A stretch of DNA of 64,000 nt from Ophelia neglecta (taxonomy: Eukaryota), in contig OZ260661.1 of NCBI GenBank assembly GCA_965285935.1, forward strand, positions 60,512,001 to 60,576,000. The letters run 5' to 3'. The notes under the pieces were generated by a model. The model searched no databases and had not been told where the DNA came from. It worked only from the letters and a program-made list of their open reading frames with translations. The position numbers and the translations under genes are program-made. Shown here piece after piece: positions 24,446-36,048 of the stretch (positions are counted from its first letter, which is position 1; every line of letters starts with the position of its first letter).

Positions 24446-27400
24446 ATCGGTCGAATAACTTTTTCGCTGCTCGTGTAAGCTTCTTACCCTCCTTGGCGAT
24501 GAACGTGAACACGACAGACGAAAGCTCGCTAATTTCTGCACCTTTTCTACTCGTGGACACATCAGAGAGCACTGTGTTTCGTGTGGGATTCTTTCCGTTA
24601 CCATAGCGACAGCTGCGACCCCCGGAAAGACGCAAAAATGGGGGAGACCCAACTGCAGGTAGGTTGTGTGTGATTCCAGCGCCAATCTCGTTTGGTTTTT
24701 GTGGAAAATGGCCGCCTCCCGATCAAAAATGTTGCCGTTTGCGGCAAATGGTGACTGCCGTGGAAGTCCTGCGCTGTTGGTTGCCCACATTGGCCGGCTC
24801 CGCCCTGGTCCCAGGCCAGGTGACTTTGGTGATTAGTTCAGGGGCTCCCGGCAAATCTCTCTTTATTTTGCCCCGGCCATTGATTCTGTAGCAAATTATT
24901 CGCCGATTCGCTGGCATTAAGATTTAATACGGGGGATCCACAGAGGTCGCACGGAGCATTAGCATGAGAGGCGAGCGATCGAGGGGTAGATGGTGTGTCT
25001 TCTTTGTGTGGGCCGCCTCAGTCGGTTGAGAGATGACACCGGCAGCAGGTCTCTCCCCTCACTCGGTGTAGTTTTCAAACAGATAACCGTCACACTGCCC
25101 AGGTGTAAATTGGCGTATCTCGTCTGCAGCCACCGCTTGTTTTTCTAATCACATGGTGCATGCTGAGCTCGTCCATGAATCGGCCTGTATTCCCCGATGC
25201 CTTGTTACATTTGCCTTGTTACATTGTATTTACACTCCTACAGCCCTGCGCTTTCAGGTCTTTGCAACATTGCTATTCTCCATCACCAAACACCGTTATG
25301 CAAGACTGTAAACGGATCCTCTTTTATGTTGAATAATCCTGTTGAATTTAAGCCGAAAATCCAATTTGATTTAATTGATTTCCTATGAATAGGCGGTTCA
25401 TTTAGGAACACTTCTGTCTAATTGTATAAGATTTAGGTCTTTGAATTGAAGTGTCCTTTGGTGTTCACTCCTTCTACCCCACTAACCTAACTGAAACTTG
25501 AGGACGGCAAATACACCGGTCGGTCCTTGTGATCTTCAGGCATATTATACCGAATTCTTGGCCGAGTGTGATTGCCCTGGTGTTTACAGTCAAACAAGAC
25601 CCGCTGTTTTAGGTTGACTTATGCTGACTCGGAGACGGCCCTTGTGCCCCAAATGGTTCCTAGTTAAAATCGGGTCAAGCAGGTAGTCTAGTATTAGACA
25701 GGTGGTGGTGTAGTCGTGTTCATCCTCCCCAAACTGATGACTTGCTATGCACCAGTGGGAAAACAACTTTCAGGCCAATTTTCAATACAGAAACCCATAT
25801 GCGCACCGTGTTAGGGTACGACACACGGTTGCTTTCAGCACAATACTATCAATGTCAAGCGTTCAAAGGGCACAAGTTGATGCTTTTTGATGCTCCAGTT
25901 AAAAGTTGACATGCATTCAACAACGAAATAGGGTTGTTGGAGAGATATAAACTCTTTAATATTGCCCCTAATCAGAACTTCCCATATGCCTGCCATTCAG
26001 CTGTTTAACATAAAGGTCTGATAAAGGCCACGACACTTGAAAAATTGTGCAACAAGCGCTAGGCAGTTTCGGGTAATATTTGTTAGCAAATAATTAATGT
26101 TTTCATTCTGTCACAAGCGTCTGATTGGTTATGCACGAATTGAATTCTGAATGATGGCGGAGACGTATTCCGTGGAAACTGCCATGTTGTCACCAACACA
26201 TTTCAATTAGCCTAAAGAGATTTATCCGGCTCATCCTGAATGTTTTGAAAAAGTTTGAAAATGCGTATTTTTTCGAACAAAATGATAAATAAGAAACAAG
26301 TGTGATATTAACAAGATCGTTCACAGCCTTGGGCAAAAAACAGTAGATATTTTAAAAAGCTGAACTGTGCGTAGTTCAGTAGGCCTAAAGGCCTATCAGT
26401 GCTCTAGTTTTAAATCTAAAGCGGTTTATACACTTACAGTTTGAGTGTATACAGATAGAATCCCCCAACCCTCAGGCCTTAGTTAAACAAATGTTTTTCT
26501 TATTAAGGACAGTGTGTTCAGATAGTTGAATTCTATATAACCTTACTGAGTGCTCGTGTTATGATATTTGTGACTGTCTCATGTTGTCATACGCTGGTGC
26601 ACGTGTGGCGACAATTAAATAAACATTGTCTAGAGAAATGGAAAAATAATGATCATGTTAATAATCTATAGCAATATTAAATCCTGTTGTAGTCTGTGAA
26701 ATATGATGTATGATTATTACCAAGGTCATAAATATGGTGGCGGGGACGTCAGGTTTGTCTATTTTTGTCCGTTAAGTTGCAGCAGTATTGCATAAATATA
26801 GTCAAGTTTATAGTCTACTTGCTTGGGTTTAGATTTCTTGACTTGATGAGTATTTCTATAGACAAGCGCGGCGGTGAAAATCAATTCATTTATTGAATAT
26901 TACACATATGATTCGGGCATCTCAATCACCATTAAGCCCGCCCCATTTTATAACCCCATTCAGGCTGCTGCAATATAAGCCTTGATGCCTTTGTTTGACT
27001 CAGTTTGATAGCCGTCTTGCCATCACGAGAGGAGAATGCGGCGAAACTAACATCATGGCAAGTCAATGAGAACTGACCCGGCCGATGCATGATCCAGAGT
27101 CGGAGATACCATTACGGCCCCAGGGCCAGAAATCCACCACTGACACCAAGGCCACTCCGCAGCACGAAACGCCTAGCCCGCTGCAAGCAACGCGGATCAG
27201 GGTATTAATATCGTGTATTGAAATTAATGATTCATAAGCCTACATAAGATACCGGCAATCAAATTATAAGCCATGCAGCCAGTGCTGAACATGAAGCCAT
27301 GGCGGCCTGAACTTCTCCCATCCACCCCAGGTACACGCAGCTCTCATGTATTGTCCACCTAGGCTAGCCCCAATCAAAATTAATGATACACCCGGACGAG

Positions 27401-30400
27401 AAACCGTCCCTAACTCAATTCAACGGGGAGTAAAGCCGAGTACGGCGGCATATAGACGGCCATAGGGGAATGTAGTCAACGACTGTTTCTCTGTATAATG
27501 ATAACTGAGATTCACAGGTGTGCCAGCCGTGCTCCAATATATAATTTACTGTAGGCAACCATTACGCCGGTAATTGATGATAATACGCCTTCTCTTGCTC
27601 AATATCATCATGGTCATCATCTTTAAGGCTCAAGGGAAGTGCCTGCTATAGACAAGGTCCTTGCCTCACCGATACATCAGCTCTGAACAAGCCATACCTG
27701 ACATGGGCGATTGCTCCGACTAGAGCTGATTGAGACAAGCCTTTTACACAGCAGTGCTATTAGGCAATGAACAAGACCAAGTGGTGTTTTCTGTATCTAA
27801 TTTTGCACGTTAGATGGCGGTTAAGTTTCCTAAGAACCTGTTCTTGGAGGCTGGCAGCCAAGAGGTTCCAGCCAGTGACGCCACTTATGTGCTTGCTCTG
27901 ACCACAATGGTAATGGCTACATAATACAGCACACCCTCAGCCAATAATGACACTTGGATCCTTGCCTGAGGTCTTAACACTTAACATCTTTTATGAAGAT
28001 TAAATCAATAACATTACAAAGTAACTACCTCCAACTCTATTATGGAAATAAAAAAGCTAATCTGATGTTGCTCATCTTTATCAATCATGATATCATTTAT
28101 CAAAGGTAAAAACATCTTTCAGTGTCGATATATAACCAGCACTAATTTTGTTACAGTCACATGCTCTTTAACAAAGGAACTTATATTTTTTCTTCCATGT
28201 TCGGTGTACCATTTTCTAAAGAGATTATTGGACTGAATACATCGAGAAAACTACACCAGTGTCTATGACCTTAACATATTGACAAAGAGATAATGTATAA
28301 ATATGTGAACACTTTTCTAACTTAATAATTATATAGATTCTGGTCTTTTCTGGAAGCTCAAGATGGATACTGTGTTGTACTTTAGTCGTAAGCTTCACAT
28401 TTTTATATATCACAGGCCATACAGAAATGTGAACAGTTTATCCAATACATTTATAACAAACATAAAATGATATATAGGTGCTTAATTTATAAATAGGACT
28501 CTTATAAAACTGCTTACCAATTGCTTTTCAGGCATAACACACCTTGTTATGTGAAATAGTCATGCTCCTTGTTCTTTGCAATAAGATTGTCACTCTTTTA
28601 AACAGCATTCTTAGATATATTTTAATTTTGTATGATTTTCTTCTCTTCATTTCTATCATTCATGACCGGACTTGGCAGTTCGTTTCCATGCAGACCTACA
28701 GGTGCGTATACGTATGTCTCACCAATTTTAGGTGCATTTGATATCTGTTCAGTCCATAAAGGTCTTCTTTATTATTCTTCCTTTATTTCGTAAGACAAGA
28801 ATGAAGCCCAACAGGGAAATTTTCCTGATCTCTTTTTAAGAAACATCAATACAGTAATGGCGGGACTGATAGTTGATATGGACAGGGCTTATACCGAAGA
28901 CAAAACGATAATGTTGATGTTTGTAATATTAAACATTTCCAATAGTCACATCAAAAGCTGAGTTAAGTATGCAGGACGTGACTAGAAACGAAAATCAAGG
29001 AGTAGGAGCTCTGTGATAGACATGTGACGAGATTGACTAACAAGATATGTCTGTCTACCCACATCTCTCTATAAAACAGCAAAAATAGACTCTATCTCCG
29101 GGCAGAAATGACCCAAATGTGTGCTGTTTTCGGTAAGGATTTTTTGTATAGATGTTGTGTTCAAATAGTCTTGTATATTTATATGGGTACTGATCTTCGC
29201 TAGTGTATTTAATTATGCAAACTTGCTAGACAGCCGATATACAGCCCATCTAATATACTGTCGTGTGTATTATTTTACGAGTTTATTTTCAATGTCGATA
29301 AACATTTACTTGACAATGTGCAATTTGTTGGTTTGGAAAGTGTCACCGTCGAATAGTTCACAGAGTGTCTTATGCGACACGTTCAACACATTCCTTGCTG
29401 TCTAATGAATTCTTTTCAACGCTTCCCAAGTTATGCTGAAGCTTATTAATTCTGAGCGACAAGTTTATGATTTGCATCTAGAACCTGATTCCACACTTCA
29501 TCACTGCGTTTGCTATCCTCGGAAAGTAATCCTCGCGGTGTTGTCGAAATCACGTGAATATCTAGCCCGTCGGTAGATCTGGTCGACAGGATTTAGCACC
29601 TCAAACCTTAGTTGGATTATGTCGGCGGAAATTTGATTTAGAACACATGTTACCTAGGCAACGGTTGATCACAAAGGTATTTGCTGGTGTGGCGAGAAGT
29701 TGAGGGAATTCCAATCCTAACGTCGAGTTATACCTGGGAGGATAGGTATGATCACTAACATATCTAAGGCAAAATCAGGTAAACCGCATTGGACTCAGCT
29801 ATATTAAGATAAATTTACCATGTATAAAACGAAGAAAGACTAACAGCAATGCAACGAAAAAGTAGTATTGGTTTGATGACTAACTTAGATGTCCTTTGAT
29901 ATTCCAGGCGGTCAAATAAGGAATTCTGTTTGGGTAACCATCTTGCCTGTTTTGGAGTCTATTGGTATACTTATCAATTCATTGGTTTGTAATAAAAGCA
30001 GGTCATTCGGAGATCACAGTGCCCAATAGAAAGATTAAATATAGCTTCATTAAGACAATGGCTTGCTGCTATAAATAATTCATTTGTTTCTCCAGCTACA
30101 GTTTTGCCCGGGGCTTGGTGGAAGGCTGCTTCCTTCGAAACTAATGATTAGTAACCAGGCGTTGCCAAAACAGTTGGCATGACTGTTGCTTCCCTCTTGG
30201 CAATGTCGCTTGTTGCAGTAACATTGAAAGTTGGGTGGTGAGTCCCTATTCACCATTTTGAGACTCGTCAAGTGACCAGTGTGCTTTTCAAAGGGCACCA
30301 AAGGTTACAGTTGAACTAGCCAGTGACCGGGCGGTGTAGGAATGCGATTCTCTATTGTCATGGTTATGAGCCACTTAAGCAATTGTTTATTCGTGGTACA

Positions 30401-32494
30401 ATCGACTGAGTGACATCAAAAGGCCATTTGTCATTATTCCATTTGCATTATACCAATTGATTCGATTGGATTGTGTGAATAATACGAAGTCCTAGAAATT
30501 TAAAAATGTACATTTTTCCATTTAAAATCATTGACAGGGGCTTGTGCCCTGTCAGTTTGACTATGCTTCAATTGAAACTCTGTTTAATTCGCTGAAGTAG
30601 ATCGTTGCTTTGAAGTGATTCGGCTACTCTCAGGGCCTACGGGTTTTTTTCAAACCAAAACAGAAAATACATCAAAATCATTATCCCAAGTGTTCACCAA
30701 TTTGCCCATAGTGCCTATCTATGCACATTGGCCAACTGGTGTGACCGCCAGATCCAAATTGATGTTTCAGCGTATCCCACTGTCAGTGTTCCGAAGAAAC
30801 TGTGCTACTTCCGGGGCCTCACCTTTGTTATTGTGGCCCGACACGTGTATAACATTGTCCACTGTCGCCAAGACATGGCCATTAATCACTGCTGACCTCT
30901 GGGCGGGAGAAACACAAACTAGGACTGGACAGATTGTGGCGCTTTTGAGGTGTCTTTATGCGGCCGGACTCGACCCCTCGTTCTAGCCGGAGGCCATTTC
31001 CGCTCCCGATCGAACTATATTGGTTAAATGTAATAGCAATCGATAATTTTTTTCACACACATTGGTAGTGACCGTCCCCTTTTTTATTGGTATCTGTGAG
31101 CTTCTGGGGATGCATAGCCAGCGCCTCTTGTAATGTCGATAACATTTATCTAAAAATTCTTCTAAGAAATGGCCATTATATTAACGGTATTTACTATTTG
31201 TTGGGAGAACGCTGTCCGTTATGATGGGGGAAGTATAACGATTATAGGGTCTAAACTATGGTCACTACACTCGGAAACTTACTTAAAAAGAGAATCATCC
31301 GCTAAAGCGAAATCATAATGATTTATATTAATGTGCTTTAATAATTAAGAGTCGTTCATAGCGGGTATTAAATAAAACAAATATACAGAATTCTGAAAAT
31401 TCATAATGAATTTCTGAACATAAATTCTAGTGTCTTGTTCCTCATAGTAGTTGTTATAAATACATGCCCGGTTTTTGATACATGAATGCAACTTTTGGAA
31501 ACCGGTGGCTTATTTCCAATATGATCACAATCAAGCCATTATATATACATAATCAGTATATTTGATGACTTAGTTATTCTCGTTATAATTTCATTGTGTT
31601 ATATTTAAAAATCTATATAAATTGGTATATGTATGGAAATAATGTTGGACTTATCACGGATAATATGTATCCATACACTTTGAGTGGCCAGAAAGGATGT
31701 ACATTCTTTTGTACCTATAAAAGCTTATTGATGTACTCTCTGGAGAATTGCTGATATCTTTGAGGCTTACAGCTTTTATTTTCTGGGAGATCACTGTGAA
31801 ATAGATGTAGCTAGCTGAACTATAGATCATAAAAATGTTTACAGACTAACCACACAGGAAGTGTCGGAGAAGGGTTGGGTATTTGTAGCTAGAATTACTC
31901 TATAGAGGACGCGGTTAGGAGCCTTCAACGGGACAAAGTCTGTCTGTACCACCGTGTATCAGGCTCACGGATACAAGTGAGTAAACTCAATCAATAGCTA
32001 TTATAGTCAATGTATGAATTTTGAACGATGTGTCTACATACTGTGAATTTTTTATAGTTCATAGAACTGTTCATTATAATTCAACTTGGACACATTTCCT
32101 TTGAGGAACATTTTTTAAAAATAATTTAATGTCATAAAGGGGCCCGTATTGTATTGTTTCCATAAGTTTGCCTATCACATTACAGACAAGAGTGTTAGAT
32201 TCAATGCCCAGTGTGTCGTCTGGCCTTGCGAGTCACGTGTCTTTTGTACATAACAGACGGTTCATTATCGCAATTGGAAAATTGGCCGGATTGTTTAAAA
32301 ACTTCGATTCTATAAGGAATATTGTGAAAATGGCTTGTTAGTTTTTTCTCATCAGAGAAATAGGATTATGCCTTTCGGTGATCGAACAAAAACAAACAAG
32401 TGCTTTATCTGTTGTTAAATATAAAAACAACAACATTATTTGTTTAAGTAGCCTAAACTACTAACATATAAGTTCATTTATCTATAGATGGTGG

Positions 32495-32817
32495 CAGGGC
32501 TCGAAATCAAGTCTAGCAAAGTAGCAAAATTGCTAGTTGATTAGACATATTTTCTAGTGAAAAATATAATTTCTAGTAGGAAATTGGTAGTAGGAAAATA
32601 CTGTATATACATTGCTTGCGGTGTCTTAATTTTTGTGCATGCAAATATAAAACTTGGCCAGTATTTACCATTGAGTATCCAGATTAATATAAATTACATA
32701 CTTTTAATGGTGACTTGTCTGAGCAGTTTATTGCTAGTCCTATAATTAATTTGCTAGTGCAAAACATCGAAGATAGCCATATTTTGCTAATGGATAAAAA
32801 GCTTATTTCTAGGCCTA
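32495..32817. mobile_element. Probable non-autonomous DNA transposon (hAT-like MITE), decayed
   Basis: Imperfect terminal inverted repeats CAGGGCTCGAAAT ... ATTTCTAGGCCTA (10/13), subterminal TAGCAAAAT/ATTTTGCTA inverted match and repeated internal TGCTAGT. No clear target-site duplication. Confidence 0.45.
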
Positions 32818-34824
32818 CCATTTTCAACCAGTTGCAATAATACTGGTGTCTACGATAATTATAGCTTCATTTACTTGCGCGTGTCGTTGTCTGAGAGTTA
32901 ATTCACCTTTCGTATAGTGCATTATAAGCACCGATCAATAGATGATTGACACTTCCTTGCCGAGTCCCGTGCAATAACGACTGTCTGTTTTGGCCTGTGT
33001 TGTGCGCGTCCATGCTGTAATTGATATAGTCTGTTTATCATTGTGCATGATATGGATGTTTTGGCAGAAGTCCAGGTTTCATATGCGCAGTACTTTGTAA
33101 ACTACTGCTCATCAACGTCAGGTGCACTAGTATATATTCAATTCCGATGTTTCCTTTCAAATAGTGGTTTTAATTACCATTCTATTGATTAGTTGTCAGT
33201 CACGTGGGCAGGCGGTCGGTTTATTGTCAGACAGTCCTCCTTCCTGCAAACACGGCAATAACCATTGTGAAGTAGTATGCTAGGTTTCAACTTCCTGCAA
33301 TGTTCATTTGTATTAAACCATTTCTCGTTAGTGCTCTGTTATTTACAAAGCTAGATCACCAAAAATTTGTGTATCAGACGATGAATCTTACCATTTCGTA
33401 TAATAAGCTTAGCAGATCTAGTTTATGCTGAAGAAATTCTATGCAATGCTATTGGTTATGTTTTTGCAATTATTTTTTAAATGCTTCGAATGTATTTAAG
33501 TTTATAGTATATATTTATAGAACATTAGTAATCATTATCATATTAATCGTACTTTAAGAAGCTAACAATACGCTAGATTTTTATACAACGTGTCACACGT
33601 GTCATAGTTAATAATGCCGATTTTACCCATATTTAAACTAATGCCGTCCAATATAAGATACATGTTGATGTACCCTACGAACATTAACTTGTTGGCCGAT
33701 AAATGTTTTGGCAAATGTTAAATGCCGGCTTAGGCTATTGGAGGGCTGCCCATGCTTGGCATATATACATGTGTTGTATCTGGGCCGTTTTCACTAAGGG
33801 TACTTCAAAGCCCGTCGACCGTACCCTACAGCTCCATATCGTAATTGAAATGTCATTCAAATATGGCATGATAATACTGTTAGGAGCCAAGCTCTAAAAT
33901 GCTCCTCCTTTCATGCGTCTCCGCAAGTTTGCCGCAATTGTTTGCCTTGTAAGGGGAGCAGGCTCGTTGAGTGAAATTGACACTATTTTCATATTTCAGC
34001 GGCGCGCAGAGAGTGAGCAGACGAGAGACTGCAAACCAATGTTGGCGCCAAAGTGGAAAGAACGCGCCTCTGCCTTCAAACACTCCTATCCTCATATAAG
34101 GCCCATAGGTGTTGGGCCCAAAGGGGGTGGGTTGGGGGGGGGGGGGACTAGTTCTCTTGAGGTATTAAACTCCCTTGCTGATAACCAACCTTATAAAATG
34201 AGATAAAACTCAGCTTCTGGACTGAAATTAATTAATTTAGCTATTTGCAAAACTTTTGGTTCCATATAATGTTTCTGGCAGCCGTACCAACTAGCACATA
34301 TGTCATTTTTTCTCTGTTCGGTTTGCCTCCAAGCATAGTTTGCAGAGAGAATCGTGCCTTCTGCCGTTGGCGACATAATTGACAGAAAATCAACAATGGG
34401 CTGTCGTGCGCAACCGGCGGCCAGACACACAGAGACGGTTTTTCGCTAGTCTGGTATTTTCAAACCTCCACATATTTCCACGGTGAACCAACCAGGAATA
34501 CCACAAGCACTATTAATCGCCAGGATGTAGGCTTAAAATTCGTCCTTGGAAATGTATGTTAAATAGACCTAGCCCTTATAAATAATCTTATCAGTACTTA
34601 TCAATAATATCAAATAACCGTATCAAGCATTTAATATAGGTCCAAAAAGCGTAGAGTATATTTGGTTGTGTCGCTTAAAACTTACACATAATGACTTTTG
34701 GTTTTCAATACAAAATATATTCCTTAATATAATACAAAGTTTAATAATATTCAATAGATGGCTTATTATTATATGTTAGCAATATAGAAATATGTCACGA
34801 ATACAGTATTGTTTGTTTCACTTC

Positions 34825-36048
34825 TTTATTACAATAAATTAATCCACAGTTAAGAACATAATAATTATGAAAATACACAAGTTCTCCCTGGACACAATAA
34901 TTATGTACACTCTTTGATATGTATACAGGAACACATACACATAAGACGAACAAATGACAAGTATTTCACAATTCACTACTATTTAAAGTGAAATATTTAG
35001 ATGTGCTTTCCAGATTGCAAATAAATAATCAAGTCGAAAAGACCATACTGGAATATTCCATCCTGCTTCAGTGATATTAACAGGTCGTCTGCTCGGTCGC
35101 CAGCAGGTGCAAGAGAAATGTATTGTACTAAACACGCAAGAAGTTTCAGCGCAGGCCTACCTTTTGTTTCAATCGATAGAGGGCACATGTCAACACATAC
35201 TACTTCGGTGTCGGCCATCAAACTCCGCATGAGAGAGGCGCATGCAACTCAAAATGTGCCAGTGGTTAAAATATGATCATTTGCCATTGATGCAGTTTAG
35301 CTTTGTTGGCACTTCTAGTAGGTAATGGTGATAATCATTTTACTTGCATTGTACCATACATTATAATCCGGCTCCTTGAATAAACATACATGTAGTGCAA
35401 GTTACAACCATTTCATGACCAAATATGCATATTAAGGCTACAAAAACCAGTCTTAAAATGTGTCATGCTGTTTATTTTGACAATAAGCCTCGTGCATTAA
35501 CAACGTATGTGCTTATTATGTTTATGCCTATAATAAAATACAAAAAATGAAACTTGAAGTCTATTTGTTGAGATAAATGTTTCAATCATACATACAATTG
35601 ATGTCAGTAAAATTTCAGGAACAGTTGTACCTCTAGCTGCACACACCAAAATTAAGAGTGGGGGAGATTATACAGCTAAAAAATCACTTTTACCGGGCGG
35701 CAAAGATAGTGCATTAAGTTAACATGATATCACATGGTGCATTTGACCTCCAGACCACGTACAACAATGCATTTATTGGAAATAGCCATTTCCATCTAAG
35801 ATTTATCTACTTGTCACACACAAATTATAACATTATTGGATTTTATATGAAATATTAGAATATTCAATATCACTCTCCACTCGAGCCCCAATTTACCCTG
35901 CTTTTGAATAATAAAAAGTGTATTCGTTGATGGTTAAATGCATGAATAAATTATATCAATTGGAATATATATTTAACCTGGTTTGTTTGCTGTGTTTACA
36001 TACACTGGCCAATCATTTTGAGAATAATTTACATTTTTTTGCTTTATG
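34825..36048 (-). other. Putative Hox2 3'UTR with candidate poly(A) signals
   Basis: AT-rich; AATAAA on the minus strand at 35772-35777, 35471-35476 and 34825-34830. The true end is not determinable from sequence. Confidence 0.45.
35894..35900 (-). promoter_or_regulatory. miR-10-family 7mer-A1 site in the putative Hox2 3'UTR
   Basis: mRNA-sense CAGGGTA about 150 nt after the stop, upstream of the first AATAAA I found (35772-35777). Confidence 0.4.

Noticed and set aside
24410-24790. 126-aa minus-strand ORF upstream of Hox1
   Set aside because: Non-ATG start, no homology cues, and overlaps the GC-rich promoter; better explained as regulatory DNA.
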